A stretch of DNA of 25,490 bases, taken from NCBI GenBank assembly GCA_029555085.1, contig JAKPTO010000007.1:1-25490 (forward strand). The letters are read 5' to 3'. Within the stretch, counting starts at the first letter, position 1. Each line of letters opens with the position of its first letter. Source of the DNA: a bacterium (lineage in GTDB: Bacteria > Patescibacteriota > Patescibacteriia > UBA1558 > S5-K13). Position numbers and translations under genes: made by a program. Below, piece after piece: positions 1 through 8,316 of this stretch. The notes beneath the pieces were generated by a model. The model was not told where the DNA came from. It saw only the letters and a list, made by a program, of their open reading frames with translations, and made no database searches.

Positions 1-141
1 ATCAAAATGTTAATAGAATATGGAAAACCCCTTATGAATGGTTAGATTATTATAATTTTAAAAGAATACATTTAACTCTTAATGGACTTACTCCTCAAGA
101 AAAGTATTTAGAAAGTGTAACCCTTGACTGTTAACTGTACA
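1..141 (+). mobile_element. Right end of an IS481-like element inserted into a second IS remnant
   Basis: The transposase stop at 132-134 is followed by CTGTACA ending at 141, matching the 5'-TGT...ACA-3' ends typical of IS481. Sequence from 142 switches abruptly to the other IS. Confidence 0.65.
3..134 (+). CDS. C-terminal fragment of an IS481/IS3-type DDE transposase, truncated by the window start
   Basis: Manual translation of frame 3 gives QNVNRIWKTPYEWLDYYNFKRIHLTLNGLTPQEKYLESVTLDC*. It contains the YNxxRxHxxLxxxTP motif typical of integrase-core C-termini. Confidence 0.8.
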   Translation, partial: QNVNRIWKTPYEWLDYYNFKRIHLTLNGLTPQEKYLESVTLDC

Positions 142-343
142 TATGCTTGTTCGTTCTTTTTGTATGGTCTTGCTGTTCTAATGCTACTAATATGTTTTCT
201 TTATCGGTATGTTATTTTGATAAAGACTTCAATAAATCCTTATTTTCGTGATAGAATCATATTGTGACATAGATTTTGATATTTAATTGTTATATGCATA
301 TCAATTATATCATTTCTATGTCGCATATTTATTTAGAATAGTA
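142..343 (-). pseudogene. Internally deleted remnant of the IS found at 24527-25490
   Basis: 142-~196 matches ~24723-24778 and ~197-343 matches ~25341-25488 with few mismatches. About 560 bp of transposase is missing between the two blocks. Confidence 0.9.
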
Positions 344-401
344 AGACCCAGGAACATCAGGGGAAGATACAAAATACTCCCCACAATATTTTAGAACTTT
401 G

Positions 402-836
402 CTAGGATAATAGGATAAAAGGCATTATCATTAAAAGACTAATTAATATTGGAAAATATATTATTTTTAAAAATTTGAATTTATCTTCTTTATTTTTTCT
501 TTTTTTCTCAAATAAACATACAAGGATTATATTTACTACTATATTTATAATTGCTAGCGCTATATAAGTAATAAATATAAACATATACATCTGCATTTCC
601 ATTAACCAATCTGACTGCCAACCTGAAGGTGAAGATCTGACTATATTAATACCTATAAACATATACGACAGATTTATTGCAAGGGATATTATTAGTAATG
701 CCATATAAAAAATCGGCCTTTCCAGGTTATAAATACTTTTATTTTTTTTCTCAACATGATCAGCGTCTAGTTGATGAGTGTTTGATTGTTTAGTATTCGA
801 CAAATCATTATTCAATTGATTAGTGTTTGATTTCAT
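402..836 (-). CDS. Hypothetical membrane protein (about 3 TM helices)
   Basis: 144-aa ORF with three hydrophobic stretches. Extended -10 (TGATATAAT) on the minus strand at 864-872. Confidence 0.7.
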   Translation of the reverse strand: MKSNTNQLNNDLSNTKQSNTHQLDADHVEKKNKSIYNLERPIFYMALLIISLAINLSYMFIGINIVRSSPSGWQSDWLMEMQMYMFIFITYIALAIINIVVNIILVCLFEKKRKNKEDKFKFLKIIYFPILISLLMIMPFILLS

Positions 837-881
837 TTTATTTGTATTAATACTTATATATTTATTATATCACAATTCTCT

Positions 882-909
882 ACAATTACATTTCTAACTT
901 CAATAACTA
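882..909 (+). repeat. Direct repeat copy 1 (28 bp)
   Basis: acaattacatttctaacttcaataacta; 24/28 identical to 1655-1682. Confidence 0.7.
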
Positions 910-1104
910 TGGAGTTTCAAATCAAAGAAGGTCCACTTATATTGAGTTTTTTGACTTTTGAAAAATACTAAATAAGTTTATATACATATTGGACTCATAA
1001 ATAGAAAATAACTATTTGTCCAATATGTGCTGGACTGATACAAAATATGGAATTATTTATAGTTGGTGGTATAATTAAATTATTAATTATTAATTAAAAA
1101 TAGC

Positions 1105-1587
1105 ATGAACAAATTTGAAACGATGTCGCAAGACAACCTTGAACAGGAAAAAAATCAATTAATTTCTCAATTGGGAAGTTCATTACATGAAGAATGGCGA
1201 GCACCAAGAAAAAAAGAAGATGGAAGTTTTGAGCCTCGTTGGAAATCTACCAACGATAAAAACTGGATTGCAGAACACAACACTAATGAAGTTGATATTG
1301 CAAATACTGTTTATGATGATCTTCCATCGGACTGGAAAGGCGAAAATGAAATATCGGCAAAAGTTGCTATTGGGGAAATATATGAAGCAATCAATAATAA
1401 TCAAGAATTGGATGATAATTTTATTGAAAACGCCAGCGATGTTATGCATGAAAAATGGCTTGAGCGTAATGGCAGTTGGGCGCCAGCCGAACAAAATAAA
1501 CCATACGCGGAATTATCAGAAGAAGAAAAAGAAAAAGACAGAGTTATTATTAAAAAAGCTATTGAATTATATCAATCCTCAAAATAA
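1105..1587 (+). CDS. Tandem RyR (ryanodine receptor repeat)-like domain protein
   Basis: Two repeats of HExW...Y(D/A)xL(P/S)xxxKxx(N/D): LHEEWR..YDDLPSDWKGEN and MHEKWL..PYAELSEEEKEKDR. Extended -10 TGGTATAAT at 1067-1075. Confidence 0.7.
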   Translation: MNKFETMSQDNLEQEKNQLISQLGSSLHEEWRAPRKKEDGSFEPRWKSTNDKNWIAEHNTNEVDIANTVYDDLPSDWKGENEISAKVAIGEIYEAINNNQELDDNFIENASDVMHEKWLERNGSWAPAEQNKPYAELSEEEKEKDRVIIKKAIELYQSSK

Positions 1588-1606
1588 TTCTAAAAATAAT
1601 TATTGC

Positions 1607-1634
1607 AAAAGCACGGTTATTGAGCCGTGTTTTT
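1607..1634 (+). terminator. Rho-independent terminator
   Basis: aaaaGCACGG-ttattgag-CCGTGTtttt, 20 nt after the stop of 1105-1587. Confidence 0.75.
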
Positions 1635-1654
1635 GATTAATGAATATATTTTTC

Positions 1655-1682
1655 ACAATCACATTTCTAACATCCACAACTA
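1655..1682 (+). repeat. Direct repeat copy 2 (28 bp)
   Basis: acaatcacatttctaacatccacaacta; 24/28 identical to 882-909. Confidence 0.7.
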
Positions 1683-1961
1683 AGAAACCCTAACAATAAA
1701 ACCATTCCTAAAAGATAATTTTTGTTTCATTAAACTGTAGATAAAATTAATTCCTAATCTTATATTTATTGATACATAAATTATATTTAATCTATTTACA
1801 AATATATTTATAAGCAGTAAAATCAAATAAAAAACCCTTGTTTACAAGCCCTAACGAGACATTAAATAATTATTTAAAAAATGTATGGCAAAAAAATATA
1901 GAAACAGATATGCCCATCTTAACAGATAATTTTGCGCCAGTAGATTATTATATAAATAAAA

Positions 1962-2681
1962 CTAATCCCTAATTCCACATTTCTTAACATATTTTTTCAT
2001 GATCTTTTGAAAATCTTTTAATTTATTTATCGTAAATCCTAATTCTCCCGCAAGTGACTCATCGAGTAATTTTCCATTATCATGAAAATTTTGTAAATAA
2101 ACTAATTTTGCACCTTTTAACTCTTGAGCTAATTTTAAAATATCATCATCATTAAAAAATTTAGGCAAAATCGTTATTCTAAATTCATATTTTAATTTAG
2201 AATTAATGAGATAATCTTTGGTTTTTGAAATTTCTTTAAACATTGATTCTGGCACCTGAGTAATTGTTCCAAACAAATCAAAATGCGCCTTATAATCCAT
2301 TGCAATATAATCAACTAATTTTTCTTCAATTAAATTTTTTAGTAATTCAAAATTACTCCCATTTGTATCAAGTTTAACTTTATATTTCATTTTTTTAACT
2401 TTTTGTATAAATTCTTTTAATCCACTCTGTAGTAATGGCTCTCCTCCTGTTATACAAAGCGCTTCTATTTTATGTTTTCTAGATTTTAAAAAATTTAAAA
2501 CATCATTTTCTGTTATATTAAAAATCATCCCTTGATTAAATGGGATAAGTTCTGGATTATGACAATATCGACATCTAAAATTGCATCCTTGTGTGAATAA
2601 AATTGCTGAAATTTTCTTCGGATAATCAATTAGGGATGTTTTTTGTAATCCTGCAATTTGAAAATTATTTGATATTTGCAT
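1962..2681 (-). CDS. nrdG: Anaerobic ribonucleoside-triphosphate reductase activating protein (radical SAM)
   Basis: SLIDYP..LFTQGCNFRCRYCHNP (CxxxCxxC), ITGGEP and KLDTNGS motifs; lies downstream of nrdD. ATG at 2681 is preferred because the track start at 2705 falls inside a hairpin. Confidence 0.93.
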   Translation of the reverse strand: MQISNNFQIAGLQKTSLIDYPKKISAILFTQGCNFRCRYCHNPELIPFNQGMIFNITENDVLNFLKSRKHKIEALCITGGEPLLQSGLKEFIQKVKKMKYKVKLDTNGSNFELLKNLIEEKLVDYIAMDYKAHFDLFGTITQVPESMFKEISKTKDYLINSKLKYEFRITILPKFFNDDDILKLAQELKGAKLVYLQNFHDNGKLLDESLAGELGFTINKLKDFQKIMKKYVKKCGIRD

Positions 2682-2691
2682 ATAAAATGAT

Positions 2692-2726
2692 AATTCCCCC
2701 ATCAAGAATCAACTTGAGGGGGAATT
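2692..2726 (-). promoter_or_regulatory. Strong stem-loop between the glycyl-radical mini-gene and nrdG
   Basis: aattccccc(a)tcaag-aatcaa-cttgagggggaatt inverted repeat. Possible attenuator or mRNA-stabilising element. Confidence 0.6.
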
Positions 2727-2737
2727 CTGCAAAAATA

Positions 2738-2884
2738 CTAAATCTTACCGCATTTTCTTTCATTGAATTCTGCTTGCTTTCCGTCATTCCATTGAGAAAC
2801 GGGTCTTAAATAGCCAACAACCCTAGAATATACCTCACATTTCTGCCTTTTTGGAACCTCGTTGGAACTTTTGTTTTTGTCCAT
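2738..2884 (-). CDS. Stand-alone glycyl-radical domain of class III RNR (NrdD C-terminal peptide, 48 aa); not in the ORF track
   Basis: Manual translation: MDKNKSSNEVPKRQKCEVYSRVVGYLRPVSQWNDGKQAEFNERKCGKI*. It carries the NrdD C-terminal signature CEVYSRVVGYLRPVxxWNxGKQxEFxxR. Confidence 0.92.
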   Translation of the reverse strand: MDKNKSSNEVPKRQKCEVYSRVVGYLRPVSQWNDGKQAEFNERKCGKI

Positions 2885-2910
2885 ATATTTATAAATTAAT
2901 TCTTATATAT

Positions 2911-2938
2911 ATTATAACTCTTTGTTAATTTTTAGCAA
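2911..2938 (-). promoter_or_regulatory. Candidate sigma70 promoter for the glycyl-radical mini-gene and nrdG
   Basis: Minus strand TTGCTA-N16-TATAAT within the 67-nt gap after the nrdD stop. Confidence 0.55.
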
Positions 2939-2951
2939 AAAACAGTAAAAA

Positions 2952-5039
2952 TTAATAAAATGTCTTGTGTGGAGATGGTTCGGCTGCGTGATAACCAATT
3001 TCATTATCACAATAAGGACAGAAGTTGTGCTCCCCTGAAATATAACCATGCTTTGGACAAACAGAAAATGTTGGAGTAATGGAAAAATATGGAAGTTTGT
3101 AATTTTTTGAAACTTTTTTAACTAGCTTTTTGCAAATTTCTGGATCTTCAATTCTTTCTCCAATAAATAAATGAATTACAGTTCCTCCAGTGTATAATGC
3201 CTGTAATTCATCTTGTTTATCTAAAATCGTAAATATATCATCAGTATAGTTAACTGGCAAATGTGTTGAATTCGTATAAAATGCTGGTGCGCCTTTTTTA
3301 TAAGCCTCTTCATTTGCAACTATAATATCTGGAAAATTTTTCTTGTCCAATAATGCAAATCTGTGACTCGTTCCCTCTCCAGGAGTTGCTTCTAAATTAA
3401 ACATATCTCCTGTTTCTTCTTGATATTTTTGTAATTTTTCTCTCATAAAATACATCACCTCTACTGCAAATTTTCTTCCTTCTTCACTTCCTATGTCTTT
3501 TTTCATGAAATTAAGACACGCTTCATTCATTCCTAAAAGTCCTATTGTATTAAAATGATTTTTCCAATATTCACCAAATCTTTTGTATATATCTCTTAAA
3601 TAAAACTTTGAATAAGGATATAGTCCTCGCTCTGTAAGTTGTTCTAATATTTTTCTTTTTGTTTCAAGTGTATCTTTTGCAATATCCATTAACCTCTCTA
3701 ATTGTTTAAAAAAATCTTTTTTTGTTTTTGTGGTGTAACCAATTCTTGGCATATTTATTGTAACAACACCAATACTTCCAGTGAGAGGATTTGAGCCAAA
3801 AAGTCCACCACCACGACGACGCAATTCTCTATTATCAAGTCGTAATCTGCAACACATACTTCTTGCGTCATCCGGAGACATATCAGAGTTTACAAAATTT
3901 GCAAAATAGGGAATTCCATACTTTGCTGTCATTTCCCACAATTTTTTGTATTTTGGATTATCCCAATCAAAATCTTTTGTAATATTATAAGTTGGTATTG
4001 GAAATGAAAAAACTCGTCCATTTGCGTCTCCCTCCATCATTACCTCTGCAAATGCCTCGTTAAACATGTCCATTTCTTTTTGGTATTCCCCGTAAGTTTG
4101 TTTTTGTAATTCTCCGCCAATTATAACTGGCTCGTCTTTCATTATTTTAGGAACAGTTAAGTCCATTGTTATGTTTGTAAATGGATTTTGAAATCCTACT
4201 CTTGTTGGAACACTCATATTAAACATAAACTCCTGAATGCATTGCTTTACTTGTTTATAATCAAGCTTGTCATGTCTTATAAAAGGAGCCATGTATGTGT
4301 CAAAATTTGCAAATGCCTGCGCTCCATTTGCCTCTCCTTGAAGTGTATAGAAAAAATTAACAGTTTGACCAAGTGCTGTTCTTAGATGTTTTGCTGGTTT
4401 ACATGCTACTTTTCCTGGCACACCCTGAAAACCAACCATGAGTAAATCTTTTAAATCCCAGCCACAACAATAGACAGCAATTAAATCTAAATCATGAATA
4501 TGAAGTTCTCCTGATTTTTCTGCGTCACGAGCTGCCTTAGAATAAATTTTATTAAGCCAATAATTTTTTTGAACGGTTGAAGAAATATAACTATTTAATC
4601 CCTGAAGTGAAAAAGCCATGTTTGCATTTTCTCTTACTTGCCAATCAAGTTCACCTAAATAATTTGAGATTAACTCATCTGCGTCAATAATTGATTTTAT
4701 GTCTCTAATTCTATTATGTAAATCTCTATACAATATATATGATTTTGCTGTTTTTGCATGACCACACTCTATTAAAACTTTTTCTACGATATCCTGAATT
4801 TGTTCTACCTCTGGAATAATGAGGGAGCCGAATCTTTTATTTAATTCCTCTACAACTGCATCTGTAATTTCATTAGCGCGTTTTGAATCTCTACCACCAA
4901 CAGATTTCGCTGCTTTAAAAATTGCCCTATAAATATTATCTCTATTAAATTTAACTATTTTGCCAGATCTTTTTTTTACTTGTTTTATAAGCGAAACGAC
5001 TTTTTTCTTATGTACTTTTTTTTCTTTTACTGTTGTCAT
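2952..5039 (-). CDS. nrdD: Class III (anaerobic) ribonucleoside-triphosphate reductase catalytic subunit with ATP cone, lacking the glycyl-radical tail
   Basis: N-terminal ATP cone (VKKRSG..EQIQDIVEKVL..AKSYILYR), LHIHDLD, YCCGW, finger loop RSMCCRL, LEATPGE, YTNST, and zinc site CPKH..CPYC. No RVxGY motif before the stop. Confidence 0.95.
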   Translation of the reverse strand: MTTVKEKKVHKKKVVSLIKQVKKRSGKIVKFNRDNIYRAIFKAAKSVGGRDSKRANEITDAVVEELNKRFGSLIIPEVEQIQDIVEKVLIECGHAKTAKSYILYRDLHNRIRDIKSIIDADELISNYLGELDWQVRENANMAFSLQGLNSYISSTVQKNYWLNKIYSKAARDAEKSGELHIHDLDLIAVYCCGWDLKDLLMVGFQGVPGKVACKPAKHLRTALGQTVNFFYTLQGEANGAQAFANFDTYMAPFIRHDKLDYKQVKQCIQEFMFNMSVPTRVGFQNPFTNITMDLTVPKIMKDEPVIIGGELQKQTYGEYQKEMDMFNEAFAEVMMEGDANGRVFSFPIPTYNITKDFDWDNPKYKKLWEMTAKYGIPYFANFVNSDMSPDDARSMCCRLRLDNRELRRRGGGLFGSNPLTGSIGVVTINMPRIGYTTKTKKDFFKQLERLMDIAKDTLETKRKILEQLTERGLYPYSKFYLRDIYKRFGEYWKNHFNTIGLLGMNEACLNFMKKDIGSEEGRKFAVEVMYFMREKLQKYQEETGDMFNLEATPGEGTSHRFALLDKKNFPDIIVANEEAYKKGAPAFYTNSTHLPVNYTDDIFTILDKQDELQALYTGGTVIHLFIGERIEDPEICKKLVKKVSKNYKLPYFSITPTFSVCPKHGYISGEHNFCPYCDNEIGYHAAEPSPHKTFY

Positions 5040-5065
5040 GGTATTATTTTATATTTATTTAAAAA

Positions 5066-5081
5066 ACACCATATATTGTGT
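5066..5081. promoter_or_regulatory. NrdR box
   Basis: acaccatatattgtgt fits the acaCwAtATaTwGtgt consensus and lies 27 nt upstream of nrdD. Confidence 0.8.
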
Positions 5082-5098
5082 TTGTATTTATAATTATA

Positions 5099-5114
5099 CC
5101 ACAATAAGCTGTGT
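5099..5114. promoter_or_regulatory. Second, weaker NrdR box overlapping the nrdD promoter
   Basis: ccacaataagctgtgt, offset 33 nt from box 1. Overlaps the extended -10 TGGTATAAT (minus, 5093-5101). Confidence 0.55.
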
Positions 5115-5159
5115 TTGAAAAAGAGCACTAAAAATCGTATTTTTTTGATTTATAAAAAG

Positions 5160-5168
5160 TTATCCACA
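5160..5168 (+). promoter_or_regulatory. DnaA box
   Basis: Perfect TTATCCACA upstream of the nrdD promoter. Confidence 0.55.
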
Positions 5169-5292
5169 ACACTAAGACCTAAAACTTAAAATTTTAGGAT
5201 TGAAAATTATAAAAATATGTAATTGATTTTTAGTCATTTATTTGCTAAATTAGATAAATATTAATTAAAAAAATTTTAACTATTAAGTCCTC

Positions 5293-5373
5293 CGCTGTTC
5301 TGAGCTTAATTTAGAATCTTAAAAAGAGAATTACTTATCTTATACTGAAATTCTGAAACAAGTTCAGAATGAC
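5293..5373. repeat. REP-like palindromic element with two inverted arms
   Basis: Arm 2 attctgaaacaagttcagaatgaca is a hairpin. Arm 1 gctgttctgagcttaatttagaatct is a degenerate inverse of it. A related palindrome is at 11297-11327. Confidence 0.5.
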
Positions 5374-5417
5374 AAATGAGAACAAAAATTTCTTAATTAT
5401 GGAAAGGTTACAATAAA

Positions 5418-6704
5418 ATGAAAATTGATAAAAAAACATTAGAAAAAAATAAAATAGAACTTACTTTAGAAATAGAACCATCTGAATATGAAAAATTTCT
5501 TTTGCGTAGTGCTGAAAAGTTATCCAAAAATTCAAAAATTGATGGATTTCGTCCTGGAAAGGCACCATACGATGTTGTTGCGAAAAAATTTGGAGAATTA
5601 CATATTTTAGAAAATGCATTAGACGAGATTTTAACTCATTTTTATTTTGACACAATTATAAAAGAAAAAATAGAAGCAATTAGTCAACCAAAAATTGATA
5701 TTAAAAAATTAGCGCCAGGAAATAATATAATTTTTACAGCTACAGTGAATGTTCTCCCTGGAATTGAATTATGCGATATAGAAAAAATTAAAATAAAAAA
5801 GAATAAAATAGAAATTGATGAGAAAAAAATAACAGAAGCAATAGAAACTATGAGAGAAATTAATGCACCGGAAAAAGAAGTTGAAAGTGAGGCGCAAAAA
5901 GGAGATAAAGTTGAAATAGATTTCAAAACCTTGGTAGATGGAGTGGCTATTGAACATGGCAGTGAAATTAACTATCCTCTTGTAATTGGTAAAAACCAAA
6001 TGATTCCCGGATTTGAAAATAATTTAATTGGACACAAAAAAGGAGATGAATTTTCTTTTAAACTAAATTTTCCAAGTCCATACCACAATAAAAATTTAGA
6101 AAATAAAGAAGCTGAATTTAAAATAAAAATGAAAAAAGTTTCAAAAATTGAACTTCCGGAATTAAATGATGAATTCGCTAAAAAATTCAAACTAAAAAAT
6201 TTAAAAGAATTAAAAGAAAAGTTAAGGGAAAATTATAAGGAAGAAGCAATTGAAAAAGAAAATAGAAGATTAGAAATGGAAGCAATTGAAAAAATTGTTG
6301 AAAATTGTAAAATAGGTGAATTTGATGATGAAATCATAAAAGAAGAGGCGGAAAAAATGATACGCGAATTACAGCATGATATTTCTTCTCGTGGAATGAA
6401 TTTTGAACATTATTTAAATGCAATTGGTAAAAAACAAGACGAATTAAAACAAGAATTTTTACCACAAGCAAAAAAAAGATTACAAGCATCTCTTGTAATA
6501 AGAAAAATCATTGATGAGCAAAAATTCCATGTAAGTGACGAGGAATTAAAAGAAGCCATAAACCATGAAAAAATGCATTATCCTGAAAATACAGAAGCCC
6601 ACAAACAAATTGAATCAGATTCATATAAAAATTATTTAATAAATTCATTGCTCAATAAAAAAGCAATTGATTATATAAAATCAAAAACCATACTCGATAA
6701 ATAG
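5418..6704 (+). CDS. tig: Trigger factor
   Basis: GFRPGKAP ribosome-binding motif, FKBP domain (MIPGFENNLIG..FPSPYH), 428 aa. Confidence 0.97.
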   Translation: MKIDKKTLEKNKIELTLEIEPSEYEKFLLRSAEKLSKNSKIDGFRPGKAPYDVVAKKFGELHILENALDEILTHFYFDTIIKEKIEAISQPKIDIKKLAPGNNIIFTATVNVLPGIELCDIEKIKIKKNKIEIDEKKITEAIETMREINAPEKEVESEAQKGDKVEIDFKTLVDGVAIEHGSEINYPLVIGKNQMIPGFENNLIGHKKGDEFSFKLNFPSPYHNKNLENKEAEFKIKMKKVSKIELPELNDEFAKKFKLKNLKELKEKLRENYKEEAIEKENRRLEMEAIEKIVENCKIGEFDDEIIKEEAEKMIRELQHDISSRGMNFEHYLNAIGKKQDELKQEFLPQAKKRLQASLVIRKIIDEQKFHVSDEELKEAINHEKMHYPENTEAHKQIESDSYKNYLINSLLNKKAIDYIKSKTILDK

Positions 6705-6949
6705 AATTAATGCTATAATAAAATTATCAACATTAATTCATAATTAGTGAGAATTCTTTCTTTGTAATATCGCATCAGAAAATGAAATTAAAATACGCTA
6801 CTCTAAATTAAACATTATTTAAATAAAAATATCTGAAAAATAAATTTATAATAATTATTTTTATTATTTTACTATCCTCTATTGGAATAATTTTTTATAT
6901 AAATTATAAAACTAATAACTCATCCCGTAATGGCGGGATAAATAAAAAT

Positions 6950-8302
6950 ATGGAAGAAAAAATAACTCGCCTTCCAGCTGTATCAGGACAATTTTACCCT
7001 AATGATAAAAACCAATTATCAAAAATGATCAATAATTTTTTTAGTTTATCAGAAAATAAAAACATTGACGGAATTAAAGCCGTAATTGTTCCTCACGCTG
7101 GATATATTTATAGTGGACAAATTGCATCTGACGCTTTCAAGCAAATAGAAAACTATTCTAACATTGAGCGCGTTATTGTAATTGGTCCATCTCATCATGA
7201 ATACATGACAAATTTTGCGCTGTCACGAGCTGATTTTTGGCAAACTCCAATGGGAAATGTAGAACTTGATAAAGAAACAATAAATAAAATTGAAAAGTTT
7301 AACGAATTAGAATTTAATGACAATGCTTCACAAGAAGAACACTCTATTGAAGTTGTAATTCCATTTTTGCAATATGTAATAAAAAATAACTGGAAATTAA
7401 TTCCAATACTCGCCGGACAAGTAAGCGATGAAAATATTAAAAACACCGCAAAAAATTTAAACTCCATAATTGATGACAAAACTTTAATTGTAATAAGTAG
7501 TGATTTGTCTCATTATTATGAGAAGAAAAAGGCAAGTGAACTTGACCAAAAATGTATTGACTCAATAAAAACACTTGAATTTGATTCAGAATGTGAAGCA
7601 TGCGGAGAAGTAGGAATAAAATTATTATTTGAACTTGCAAAATTAAATAATTGGAAAGGTGAATTGATAAAATATGGTGATAGTGGAGATATAACAAAAG
7701 ACAATTCCCAGGTTGTTGGATATATGTCTGCAATTTTTGTTGGAGAAAATAAAAATGAAAATTATTCTGAGTCAGATAAAAAATTTCTATTAAATTTAGC
7801 AAGAAACACAATTGATTATGCTTTCAAAAATAATGGAAAATTAATGACATTTGATGAAAATACAATTCCAAATAATTTAAAAGAAAAACGCGGAGTTTTT
7901 GTAACACTAAATAAAGACGAAAAACTACGCGGTTGCATTGGTTATATTGAAGCAATTGAAAAATTATACAAAGCAGTTCAACTAAACGCATTATCAGCTG
8001 CATTTGATGATCCCAGATTCAATCCTCTGTCTGAGAGTGAATTAAAAAATGTTAAAATAGAAATATCAATATTAACAATTCCTCAAGCTTGTGAATTTGA
8101 AAACATAAGGAAAGATATTGATGGAGTTGTTTTAAAAAATGGGAGATTTGGAGCAACTTATTTACCACAAGTCTGGGAAAATGTTGCAAGTGTTGATGAA
8201 TTTTTCGGATCATTATGTCAAAAAGCGGGACTTGATTGGGATTGTTATAAAGATAAAAATACAAAATTCTCAACTTACCAAGCAGAGGTATTTAGTGAAT
8301 AA
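6950..8302 (+). CDS. MEMO1-family (AmmeMemoRadiSam protein B) fused to AMMECR1-family (protein A)
   Basis: N-terminal RLPAVSGQFYP, VPHAGYIYSG, GPSHH, EHSIEV, SSDLSHY, ACG, VVGY. C-terminal GVFVTL..LRGCIG, DPRF, TYLPQVW, LCQKAG. Confidence 0.92.
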   Translation: MEEKITRLPAVSGQFYPNDKNQLSKMINNFFSLSENKNIDGIKAVIVPHAGYIYSGQIASDAFKQIENYSNIERVIVIGPSHHEYMTNFALSRADFWQTPMGNVELDKETINKIEKFNELEFNDNASQEEHSIEVVIPFLQYVIKNNWKLIPILAGQVSDENIKNTAKNLNSIIDDKTLIVISSDLSHYYEKKKASELDQKCIDSIKTLEFDSECEACGEVGIKLLFELAKLNNWKGELIKYGDSGDITKDNSQVVGYMSAIFVGENKNENYSESDKKFLLNLARNTIDYAFKNNGKLMTFDENTIPNNLKEKRGVFVTLNKDEKLRGCIGYIEAIEKLYKAVQLNALSAAFDDPRFNPLSESELKNVKIEISILTIPQACEFENIRKDIDGVVLKNGRFGATYLPQVWENVASVDEFFGSLCQKAGLDWDCYKDKNTKFSTYQAEVFSE

Positions 8303-8316
8303 TTTAAAATAATTAA

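Noticed and set aside
1183-1636. Overlapping ORFs 1183-1494 (-) and 1187-1636 (+)
   Set aside because: Shadow frames of the RyR-like gene; 1187-1636 runs through the terminator.
882-1682. CRISPR array or integron attC sites
   Set aside because: Only two repeats about 770 bp apart, no cas or intI gene, and no attC-type palindrome.
2603-2809. 68-aa plus-strand ORF in the track
   Set aside because: Antisense to nrdG and to the glycyl-radical mini-gene, with no motifs.
2738-5039. nrdD as a simple frameshifted pseudogene, or interrupted by an intron/intein
   Set aside because: Both parts keep all key motifs. The gap is short AT-rich DNA with a promoter-like signal and a fresh ATG. No intron or intein features are visible.
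5160-5168. Replication origin
   Set aside because: Only one clear DnaA box and no dnaA/dnaN context.
6705-6949. Riboswitch or leader peptide upstream of the MEMO-AMMECR1 gene
   Set aside because: AT-rich, with only an extended -10 (6711-6719) and a short hairpin (6922-6939); no recognisable RNA motif or credible ORF.
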